Virus record (IMG/VR): IMGVR_UViG_3300042453_003743
Location: 64,001-128,000 of that record
Strand: one strand, 5' to 3'
Source of the DNA: a virus
Length of the DNA stretch: 64,000 nt
The notes under the pieces are model-generated. The model was not told where the DNA came from. It ran no database searches and was given only the letters and a program-made list of their open reading frames with translations. The position numbers and the translations under genes are program-made. Of this stretch, positions 35,163-42,780 are shown in pieces (the first letter of the stretch is position 1; each line of letters begins with the position of its first letter).

Positions 35163-35218
35163 CGGTAGCACCAGAGACTTTGGATCTCTTTGTCTAGGTT
35201 CGAATCCTAGCGAAGGAA
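35148..35218 (+). tRNA. tRNA-Gln(UUG)
   Basis: TCCTTCG...CGAAGGA-A; AGAGA-CTTTGGA-TCTCT; GTTCGAAT. Confidence 0.93.
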
Positions 35219-35233
35219 TTTTAGGAGATTATT

Positions 35234-35485
35234 ATGAAACCAGTTGGTAAATGGATATTAGCAAAATCATTAATCGGCGGAGAGAAAAAAACAGAAGCGG
35301 GAATCATTTTTAACGAGAAATCAACTTCCAAAATTATTCCTGCAAAGGTTGAAGCTGTCGGAGACAAACTTACAGAAGATGTCCAGATCGGGGACACGAT
35401 TTGGTGGGACGTAAGTAAACTAAAAGATGGATACGGCGGTTCACACGTAGTTCATCAGGACTGGATTGAATTTGTAGAGAGATAA
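35234..35485 (+). CDS. groES: GroES-like co-chaperonin
   Basis: MKPVGKWIL...EKKTEAGII...VEAVG...VQIGD; AGGAG SD. Confidence 0.75.
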   Translation: MKPVGKWILAKSLIGGEKKTEAGIIFNEKSTSKIIPAKVEAVGDKLTEDVQIGDTIWWDVSKLKDGYGGSHVVHQDWIEFVER

Positions 35486-35490
35486 AAGAA

Positions 35491-35515
35491 ACAACCCCGA
35501 ACAGCTCGGGGTTGT
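35491..35515. terminator. terminator hairpin between convergent genes
   Basis: ACAACCCCGA-acagc-TCGGGGTTGT. Confidence 0.6.
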
Positions 35516-35543
35516 CGGACCTGAGATTCTATCTCAAGTGGGG

Positions 35544-36407
35544 TTATCTTTTTTTCATCTCATATTCTGTTTTTGGAAAATTATTATCTGATTTTACAGG
35601 AGTATGATCAGCAATATTGTGCATCACTCCAATTTCATCTTCAACCCCCATGTGTGGAAAGTTTTGTTTAAAAAAGTGATATGCTGATTTTGCTTGCTCT
35701 GGTGATGGCCCTTTTGTTACTGCGTCCAAGTGCATTTTTGCGGCAGCTATAATTTCTGGAGATGCATTTTGCCCTGTTCCGAGGACTGGACTGCCTCCAC
35801 CCGCTAAAATCTTTTGCAATTCTTTAACTCCAATACCAGACATTTTTTCATTTCCTGGTAGATAGTCATCTGTCCAAGCGACATCTTCATTTAACTTTCT
35901 CAAAGTCAACGCAAGTCTAGCGCGCTTTCCAGTTTTTCCACCCTTCTTTGCAGCCTTTTCAAGTTTTGATACAGGAATTTTTTCACCCTTCTTTGTTTTC
36001 ATGCTTTTGCGCAGAGAATTTTCTTTTTTAATTGCTTGTTGAATCCATTTTTTCTTTTCAAGAATAATTTCTTCAACCAATTCAAAATCGTCTCCAAATA
36101 CTTCTTCAAGAAGTTCTTCAACCAATTCAACTTCAGTCAAATCAGCTTCAAAAGATTCTTCAATTTTTTTTCCCTTTTTCTTTGCCATAGCTTGTTCAAT
36201 AGCTTTGCTACGAGAATCAAGGTATTCTTTGGTTCCGGATTCTACTTTTCCATCACCGTCGTAATCTTTGTCAGCCTTTTTTTCAGGCTTTTTGCCTTTT
36301 TTCTTTGCTTCGTTCAATTGAGCTTCAAGAATTGCTTTCTGTTTCATCAAATAAAAATTATCAATAAAATTTAATGACATTTGAAATTGGTCTTTGAAAT
36401 TATTCAT
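35544..36407 (-). CDS. Lys/Glu-rich modular late protein (probable head-internal)
   Basis: DKDYDGDGKVES and KKWIQQAIKK...RARLALTL modules; CTAAATA promoter. Confidence 0.7.
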   Translation of the reverse strand: MNNFKDQFQMSLNFIDNFYLMKQKAILEAQLNEAKKKGKKPEKKADKDYDGDGKVESGTKEYLDSRSKAIEQAMAKKKGKKIEESFEADLTEVELVEELLEEVFGDDFELVEEIILEKKKWIQQAIKKENSLRKSMKTKKGEKIPVSKLEKAAKKGGKTGKRARLALTLRKLNEDVAWTDDYLPGNEKMSGIGVKELQKILAGGGSPVLGTGQNASPEIIAAAKMHLDAVTKGPSPEQAKSAYHFFKQNFPHMGVEDEIGVMHNIADHTPVKSDNNFPKTEYEMKKR

Positions 36408-36420
36408 AAAATTATTTAGT

Positions 36421-37269
36421 TTATTTTAAGCTTAAAGATTCATCTTGGCGGGATTTGATATATTCATTCATTTTATCCAAGTACCCAAGATTTCTCAATT
36501 CTTTAAAAATTAAATTTTCAACAGAATTTTCACCTGATTTTTTCAGAGATGAATTTCTCATATCTTTTATCTTGGTTTTAATTTTTTCAAAAGATTCATC
36601 TTCTGCGCTGCTGTTTATAAGATTGTCTATTTTTTGGGTAAAATAATCTACCTTTGTTTTGATAAGAGGATCTTCTAAATTCACCTCTTCTTGTTTTGGA
36701 TGCTGTATCCAATCGTTGCTTGTGAGACTGAAAACTCCTTGACCAGTTGGAGTTGGATCATCTTTTCCTTGTGCGTAAAGCTCTACATCGTGGCCATAAA
36801 TTTTAATATCATGTATTTGTGCCCATAGCTGCTTTTTATCTTTTAGATACTCATCTAGTAAATCTGGACAATCTGGCATTTTTTCTTTGTCAATTAATAC
36901 GTGAACATCAATATCAGAATAATCTGTATAGTTAAAATTTGCATTACCGCCCACCATTATAATATCTACAATTGCTTCCTCTGGGATTTGTGCAAACTCG
37001 GCCCAAGTTTTTCCTATTTCTAGAAGTTTATCTTTGACTTCTTGTTTCAACATATCTTTATCCCACAGTTTTTGATTTAATTCATTGTGGTATTGGAGAG
37101 TTAAAGAAGAAGCCTCTTCAAGATGTTCTTTGAAAGTCTTTCTTTTCTTTTTTGAAATTTCAATAGCTGCAAGCTGGTCTACAGCTTCTTCTTTGCTATA
37201 GTGTGTTCCGAGAAGTTTTTCACCAGAAGAATCTCTGACTTCCCATTTGTTTCCGCGCTTTACAATCAT
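36421..37269 (-). CDS. Pol-beta-superfamily nucleotidyltransferase
   Basis: GGNANFNYTDYSDIDVH, DVELYAQ and ENLIFKELR motifs. Confidence 0.8.
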   Translation of the reverse strand: MIVKRGNKWEVRDSSGEKLLGTHYSKEEAVDQLAAIEISKKKRKTFKEHLEEASSLTLQYHNELNQKLWDKDMLKQEVKDKLLEIGKTWAEFAQIPEEAIVDIIMVGGNANFNYTDYSDIDVHVLIDKEKMPDCPDLLDEYLKDKKQLWAQIHDIKIYGHDVELYAQGKDDPTPTGQGVFSLTSNDWIQHPKQEEVNLEDPLIKTKVDYFTQKIDNLINSSAEDESFEKIKTKIKDMRNSSLKKSGENSVENLIFKELRNLGYLDKMNEYIKSRQDESLSLK

Positions 37270-37285
37270 GAAGATATTTATCCAA

Positions 37286-37456
37286 TAAAAAACCCGGTTT
37301 TTCAGATGCGGGAAAACCGGGAAACCCCACTGCTTTAAGCAGCCATCCGCATTGGTGCGGCTTTTATATTTGCAACTGTTTATTTACGACACTTGTTACC
37401 CGTGTCGGGTATCTCCTTCTTCATTACTCTGCGCCAATCGAAGCCAGTTCAGCCCC
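37286..37456 (-). ncRNA. ssrA: permuted tmRNA, coding piece
   Basis: Starts GGGGCTGAACTGGCTTCGA; pk1 TACCC-GACAC-GGGTA/GTGTC; tag ORF 37373-37335 ANIKAAPMRMAA*; terminal hairpin plus T-tract. Confidence 0.85.
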
Positions 37457-37553
37457 GTATTGATCTAAAGCCTAGGACTTTAGATCGTGCCCCGCTGTAA
37501 CGAGGACTTGTTTCGCCGTCTCCAGAGTTTACAGTAGCTCTAGGTTAGGCTAA

Positions 37554-37615
37554 TGGAGCCGAGGGGAATCGAACCCCTGTCTTGTCGCATTTCAATCCGA
37601 GATCAACAATACCGA
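37554..37615 (-). ncRNA. ssrA: permuted tmRNA, acceptor piece
   Basis: GAC-AGGGG-TTCGATT-CCCCT-CGGCTCC-A; pairs with GGGGCTG giving G3-U70; 5' boundary approximate. Confidence 0.85.
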
Positions 37616-37617
37616 AA

Positions 37618-37697
37618 GCGTAGCGAGGGGCCTGCACCCATGCTCAATCACCGTTTGCAACCAATGATCCTAGTCAGCATCACACACTGAACTACGC
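37618..37697 (-). ncRNA. non-canonical tRNA-like cloverleaf (GCA in central loop)
   Basis: GCGTAGT/GCTACGC closing stem plus three hairpins. Confidence 0.5.
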
Positions 37698-37712
37698 ATG
37701 TAGATTATTTAG

Positions 37713-37795
37713 TGCGAGCAGAAGGATTCGAACCTTCGTAGGCTGCAGCCAACAGATTTACAATCTGCCCTCGTTGTCCACTTGAGTATACTCGC
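37713..37795 (-). tRNA. tRNA-Tyr(GUA)
   Basis: GCGAGTA...TGCTCGC-A; loop TTGTAAA; long variable arm; TTGACT-N16-TATACT promoter. Confidence 0.93.
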
Positions 37796-37870
37796 AACGA
37801 TTACAGTATATCTCAACACACTTTCAAGTCAATTAATTGACTTATCTTTTTTAAAGTATATACTATTATC

Positions 37871-38227
37871 ATGGCTAAAAAGAAAAGAATTAAAACTGTT
37901 CCTTACATTCTCAATGATTTTGATTTAGTAGAACATCTTCTTTCAAATAGTGATGAAGAATTTAAAAATTCTTTAGTTGAAATGCCATTTTCTTTGATTT
38001 TGCAAAATTATGCAGATTACTGCGAAGCGATTGGTTCTCATGTTGGTAAGGGAAATCAAACCTCCAAAGATAATCCACTAGATAAACTTTATGAGCGAAA
38101 GCACATTCTCAGCGATGAACTTAAGAAGATGATGTTTGAAGCAAGAGAGCAAACAAGCACATCAGACTATTATTATGACAGGGCTGCTGATGAACTGTGG
38201 GTCGTGAAGAACAAAAATAAAAAATAA
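37871..38227 (+). CDS. hypothetical protein
   Basis: 118-aa ORF; TTGACT promoter just upstream. Confidence 0.7.
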   Translation: MAKKKRIKTVPYILNDFDLVEHLLSNSDEEFKNSLVEMPFSLILQNYADYCEAIGSHVGKGNQTSKDNPLDKLYERKHILSDELKKMMFEAREQTSTSDYYYDRAADELWVVKNKNKK

Positions 38228-38230
38228 ATT

Positions 38231-38758
38231 TTAAAAATCTCCATAATTCACGGTTCCCAAATATTTGTAATATATTTGTTTTGCAGTAAATGTTTGACCA
38301 CCTGAAATCACAGTGTGGCCGAATGTCATTCCAGTTATTGCTTCTGCTGTATTGCCCGAAAGATTAGTTAAAAAAGCACTTTTTTGATAGTCTACGTAAA
38401 AAACTTCATATCTTTCATATGTTACCCCGGTTGGGGCTGTGGCGTTTGTTGCAAAATATTTTTGATTTTCTGAATATTGCCAAGCAGAAGAAATGCCAGT
38501 CAAGCCGATGATATAATCTGGCGTATAGGCGGAAATTATCGCAGGACCATCTGTGCTTGTGGGAACAGAATTGGCCATGTATAGAGTACACATATGCTCA
38601 TATCTTCTGGCGAGCGGTCTAACATCGGATGGACATTTGGAAAATAATTCTCCCGATAAAGCAGGTAAAGACCAAGTTATTCCAGAAATTTGTACTGAGG
38701 GGAGCGAAGTCCAATTATTATTTGTTTTTGGTTTTATTGGTGATGTTATTGCTGGCAT
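38231..38758 (-). CDS. hypothetical protein, probably structural
   Basis: 175-aa ORF in operon; multiple G-x-T motifs. Confidence 0.65.
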   Translation of the reverse strand: MPAITSPIKPKTNNNWTSLPSVQISGITWSLPALSGELFSKCPSDVRPLARRYEHMCTLYMANSVPTSTDGPAIISAYTPDYIIGLTGISSAWQYSENQKYFATNATAPTGVTYERYEVFYVDYQKSAFLTNLSGNTAEAITGMTFGHTVISGGQTFTAKQIYYKYLGTVNYGDF

Positions 38759-39952
38759 TTATATTATACTCTCTAATTTATTTTTTATATTTTCAATAGT
38801 ATTTTTAACATTATCAAAATGCCATGTTCTGGCAACTTTTTTAGATGTTTTGTTGGAGAAGTAAAATCCTGCAGTTATTCCTACAATATCTATAAAATAT
38901 TTCATAGATGGATAAAAAGTAGAAGCGTGTGTTGGTCCCGATCCAGATCCATAATATGTACCATCAATAATGGTTGATCCAGCACTTAAAATATGACCAA
39001 GACTGTATAATTTACCATTTTTTTTGTATAATATTAAACCAGAAGAATCTCCACCCCACAAATTGCCTAGAAAAATTGCTTCTATTGTTTTTATTGCAGG
39101 TAAGAATGTTGAAAAATTAGTAGATTTTGTAACAGGAGGAATGCTAAAACTAATATAGTTTACGGGGCAGATCGTATCGTTTCCTCCCCAAAGATAAACA
39201 TCAGTCACTGGAATTACATATGCTCCACTGGGAGTGATATAATTTTTCATATTTTTAAATTGTTCTTCACTTAAAATGGAAAGCGGATGTATTCCACTTA
39301 ATCTATGGGGGCCAAAGTTATTCGAAGAAGAGTAGTTTTTCTTTTTTATTATAGCGTGGTCACTCTCGGTTATTTTGTAAAAAGTTGCACCTTGTGTGGT
39401 ATCATAAAGACCAAATGTAGCACCCCCCGTTGGAATTGTGGAGATATAATCATACATGTGTTCAGTATCTGATATAAAATTTATTCCCGTCAATCCAGAA
39501 TTCCAAAAAACAACTTCAGTTAGACCTGTGAGACCCCCTTCTCTAAATCCATTAAAGGGAGCTGAATCACTTGTACAAATTTGTATTGGGTTTATTTTGA
39601 AAGGATCAGTACAAAAATAATTTCCATTACCATAATCCCAATGGAAAAAATATGTAAAGTGTATAGAACAACTTAAAAATTTATCACTAAGTTTAAAATA
39701 AAGAGGATGATTATTGTTATAATAATTTGGATAAATCGAAGCGGTGGACCCGGGTGGGGGTGTTCCCAATCCAGGAGAAGTGTTTGGACGATCCCAGTCT
39801 CTATATCTTAGCGATATAGCTTTATATGATTCTCTGGCGTCATATAACAAACAATTTGGATTTATGCCTATTGGATAACCAGTATTTCCCGAATCGTAAA
39901 GATAGGGGTCGTGCAAGGTTGGGTTGTATGCAGGGAAGTACATTACTCCCAA
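38759..39952 (-). CDS. protein with trypsin-like serine-protease motif
   Basis: LWGGDSSG nucleophile-like motif, LSCSIH and SDHAI; G-x-T motifs. Confidence 0.55.
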   Translation of the reverse strand: MGVMYFPAYNPTLHDPYLYDSGNTGYPIGINPNCLLYDARESYKAISLRYRDWDRPNTSPGLGTPPPGSTASIYPNYYNNNHPLYFKLSDKFLSCSIHFTYFFHWDYGNGNYFCTDPFKINPIQICTSDSAPFNGFREGGLTGLTEVVFWNSGLTGINFISDTEHMYDYISTIPTGGATFGLYDTTQGATFYKITESDHAIIKKKNYSSSNNFGPHRLSGIHPLSILSEEQFKNMKNYITPSGAYVIPVTDVYLWGGNDTICPVNYISFSIPPVTKSTNFSTFLPAIKTIEAIFLGNLWGGDSSGLILYKKNGKLYSLGHILSAGSTIIDGTYYGSGSGPTHASTFYPSMKYFIDIVGITAGFYFSNKTSKKVARTWHFDNVKNTIENIKNKLESII

Positions 39953-40653
39953 GTTCCTCCATTTACTAAAGTAATTGTACCCAATGCACTCGGTATTTCT
40001 TGACCAGTAAGAGTAACAATACTTTCATTTATGTCTTGAACTAATTGATATAGTTCTAAAATAGACGCTTCTCTTGGGAAATCTGTATTTACATCTATAG
40101 AACCAGAGACATAGATCTCTACGTTTTTGCCTTTTCGTTCTACTTGAACACCTGGGCCTCGGATTATCAAATCGTTAACAGATTTTAATACTTTTACTCT
40201 GTTGCCGTTTTCATCTTCGGTTACAATACCTACAGCACCACCACCCCCTATCCCCCCATCTAATGATTTTGTACGAATTGTTTCCAGAGTTTTTTGAACT
40301 GCAACGGAATTCTCGTTTGCAAAAATATCACCCAATTTATTAAGATCCAATTGTATCTTATTATCTTTTATCACTAAAGGTTCTTGAACTTCAATTTGTG
40401 AAATTTGCAATTGCTCATTTAATGGTATTTGAACCTTTAATTTTGTTTGAGTCGGTGGTTTGATTGGTGTACTTTTGTTTATAATATCAATCAATGCTTC
40501 TTTTGTGGCTTCAGTCAAACTTACTGGTTTGGACTTTTTTTCTTCTTGTAATTTTGAAAAAACTTCAGCCTCTATTTTGTGCTTTTCTTCTATTTGTTGT
40601 TTTGTGGATTTTCTCACAAAATTTTTTATAAAATCTGAATTTGGGTGACTCAT
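39943..40653 (-). CDS. hypothetical late protein
   Basis: GGGGAV motif; ATAAATA promoter. Confidence 0.7.
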   Translation of the reverse strand: MSHPNSDFIKNFVRKSTKQQIEEKHKIEAEVFSKLQEEKKSKPVSLTEATKEALIDIINKSTPIKPPTQTKLKVQIPLNEQLQISQIEVQEPLVIKDNKIQLDLNKLGDIFANENSVAVQKTLETIRTKSLDGGIGGGGAVGIVTEDENGNRVKVLKSVNDLIIRGPGVQVERKGKNVEIYVSGSIDVNTDFPREASILELYQLVQDINESIVTLTGQEIPSALGTITLVNGGTWE

Positions 40654-40706
40654 AGATATATTTATTCAAGTCTTGACTAATAAAAAATATAAAACATAAT
40701 CCAACT

Positions 40707-40904
40707 ATGACAAATAAAGAATTGGAAGAAAAAATTTACGATTTTGGAGAAGTTATGTACCGATTGGGTCGTATGGAAACAGATGGAAATTCCAATACAA
40801 AAGACTATAATAAAATGTGTAAAAGACGGGAAGAACTTACAGAAGAATTTGACAAACACTTTAAAAATAACAAAAAGCTAGCATCAAATTTAAATTTAAT
40901 CTAA
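40707..40904 (+). CDS. hypothetical protein (leaderless)
   Basis: TTGACT-N16-CATAAT-N6-ATG. Confidence 0.65.
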   Translation: MTNKELEEKIYDFGEVMYRLGRMETDGNSNTKDYNKMCKRREELTEEFDKHFKNNKKLASNLNLI

Positions 40905-41099
40905 AGTATCACCAAAGGTAGCTTTTAAAACCGCATCTGGATTAAGAACATTTGATCTTTTTAACTGTTTGAGCAATTCTCTTCTTGCTTCAATTTTCCA
41001 TGCAGCCAAACCATCTACAGATGGGTTTTTGCTTCCAGCAATTTGATCTTCTTTATTGTACAGATTTCCTTCTTTGAGACTTGACTTATTTTTATTCAT
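40896..41099 (-). CDS. hypothetical protein
   Basis: 67-aa ORF. Confidence 0.5.
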   Translation of the reverse strand: MNKNKSSLKEGNLYNKEDQIAGSKNPSVDGLAAWKIEARRELLKQLKRSNVLNPDAVLKATFGDTLD

Positions 41100-41117
41100 G
41101 GCTATAATAGTTATATC

Positions 41118-41189
41118 GCGGCTGTAGTATAATGGCCATTACGCTAGCCTTCCAAGCTTGATATGAGAGTTCGATTCTCTCTAGCCGCA
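41118..41189 (+). tRNA. tRNA-Gly(UCC)
   Basis: GCGGCTG...TAGCCGC-A; loop CTTCCAA; GTTCGATT; TTGACT...TATAAT promoter. Confidence 0.92.
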
Positions 41190-41192
41190 TTT

Positions 41193-41483
41193 ATGCCAAG
41201 ACCAAAAAAAACTTCTACTCAACCCAAGAGAAAAGTTAAAAAATTTGTAGATAAACCAAAACCAGTTTATCCAGAATTTATTCAATCTTTTATCAATAAA
41301 GTTCAAGAAAATTCAAATTTTTTGGTAAAAGTAGATCAATATGCTGAAGGAAATTCATATCACGTGGCAGTAAATATAAAAAATGGTTCTAGACAACGAA
41401 CTATTTGGATGGTTGGCTTTGCCACAAGCAGTCTTGAACTCAATGTTTTTTGGAATTCTGAAGCATATAAAGTATATAAGTAA
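41193..41483 (+). CDS. hypothetical protein
   Basis: MPRPKK start 3 nt after tRNA-Gly. Confidence 0.65.
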   Translation: MPRPKKTSTQPKRKVKKFVDKPKPVYPEFIQSFINKVQENSNFLVKVDQYAEGNSYHVAVNIKNGSRQRTIWMVGFATSSLELNVFWNSEAYKVYK

Positions 41484-41502
41484 AATCCCTAAATATTAGG
41501 GA

Positions 41503-42009
41503 ATGTTAATAGACTATAACTATAAACACGAATTTGTAGGATTAACCTTTTCTGGATTAACTAGTTATTCTTATACTTTACCAAAATCAAATAAAGGTAT
41601 AATTTTTAAAGATTCAAGTAGTGCAAAAGAAGTACTTGATGATAATGGATTAGATTATAAAATTATTTTAAAATCTTTAACTTTTTTAGATCCAGAAAAT
41701 AATGAGATTGATTTTGAGTTAAGTTCTTTAGTAGTTGGGGGTGGGGGTATATATTCGACTACCAGTACAAATATCGTCTCAAATTATTATCACCAATATC
41801 CAATTATTGCGTCTTCACCGACTAATACTATAGCTACGACGGAGTCTATTTATTTAAATAGTTCTGGTACTGTTCTTGATGAAATATTTTTACCAATAAA
41901 AATTAAAAAATTAAATTTTCTAATAGACGACTGGCAAGGATACGGGTTGCCAGCTCCAGAATTTGATTGGTCTGGAGTAAATCCATTTACCTTTACAATA
42001 TTATATTAA
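41503..42009 (+). CDS. small late protein, paralog 1
   Basis: KSNKGI...PIKI...TILY; CTAAATA promoter. Confidence 0.65.
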   Translation: MLIDYNYKHEFVGLTFSGLTSYSYTLPKSNKGIIFKDSSSAKEVLDDNGLDYKIILKSLTFLDPENNEIDFELSSLVVGGGGIYSTTSTNIVSNYYHQYPIIASSPTNTIATTESIYLNSSGTVLDEIFLPIKIKKLNFLIDDWQGYGLPAPEFDWSGVNPFTFTILY

Positions 42010-42012
42010 ATT

Positions 42013-42297
42013 ATGAGATTATATAGTAAATTAAAATCCCTGGAATCTGGTCAGCCTGCAGGAAAATCTAATAAAGGATTGTTTGTTGTTGCATATGCCA
42101 CACCCGGCTCTCCCGCAGTAAATTTTACGGTCAACGCTTATAATTCAAGCGGTTCGACATTCTCCCTTTCATATACTTTACTTGCTCCGTCCTCTGCAAC
42201 TGGAATTGCAAACTCAACCAATAACATGTTGATACCATTTAGAGTAGAATCTTGGTCGGCTGGAGCTGGTTCATTTTTTGTCTATGAATTATATTGA
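42013..42297 (+). CDS. small late protein, paralog 2
   Basis: KSNKGL...PFRV...YELY. Confidence 0.65.
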   Translation: MRLYSKLKSLESGQPAGKSNKGLFVVAYATPGSPAVNFTVNAYNSSGSTFSLSYTLLAPSSATGIANSTNNMLIPFRVESWSAGAGSFFVYELY

Positions 42298-42308
42298 TAA
42301 ATAATTGT

Positions 42309-42569
42309 ATGAGAACATTCAACAAAGTAAAATATTTTGGAGCAGGGCCAACTGGTGCTACAGGTGGTAAAAATAATGAAGCTGTTTTGATTCGTAGTAC
42401 GGCAACCAGCGGTGTTAATACAATTACATTACATTGTTTTGGTACAACTGGGGGGACTGTTGGTGTTGGACCGCTAGTAATTGGAAACAGAACGGCTACA
42501 ATTTTTCCAATGAAAATATACGGATTTACTGGATCAACTTCTGGAATAGAAGTTTGGGAACTTTTTTGA
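42309..42569 (+). CDS. small late protein, paralog 3
   Basis: KNNEAV...PMKI...WELF; ATAAATA promoter. Confidence 0.65.
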   Translation: MRTFNKVKYFGAGPTGATGGKNNEAVLIRSTATSGVNTITLHCFGTTGGTVGVGPLVIGNRTATIFPMKIYGFTGSTSGIEVWELF

Positions 42570-42573
42570 ATTA

Positions 42574-42780
42574 ATGAAAAAAAATCTTCGTTGTTTGGTG
42601 ACTAATAATGTAATTAAACCGGGGGAGTGGTATTGGTATTCGTGGGAAATGGAAGCGCCTATATCTGCTTCGGGAATGGCTGATATTGAAATGCGCCGCC
42701 ACGAACCTGATGATGAATTTGCTAAAATTTTATGGGAAGAGTGGGAATGGTCTAGGGAAATAGGCCAACCCGATCTTTAA
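42574..42780 (+). CDS. Trp-rich hypothetical protein
   Basis: 68-aa ORF. Confidence 0.6.
   Translation: MKKNLRCLVTNNVIKPGEWYWYSWEMEAPISASGMADIEMRRHEPDDEFAKILWEEWEWSREIGQPDL

Noticed and set aside
23810-41192. ORF-track N-terminal extensions at 23810, 24572, 33224, 33933 and 41163
   Set aside because: They translate tRNA sequence; true starts lie just after the tRNAs
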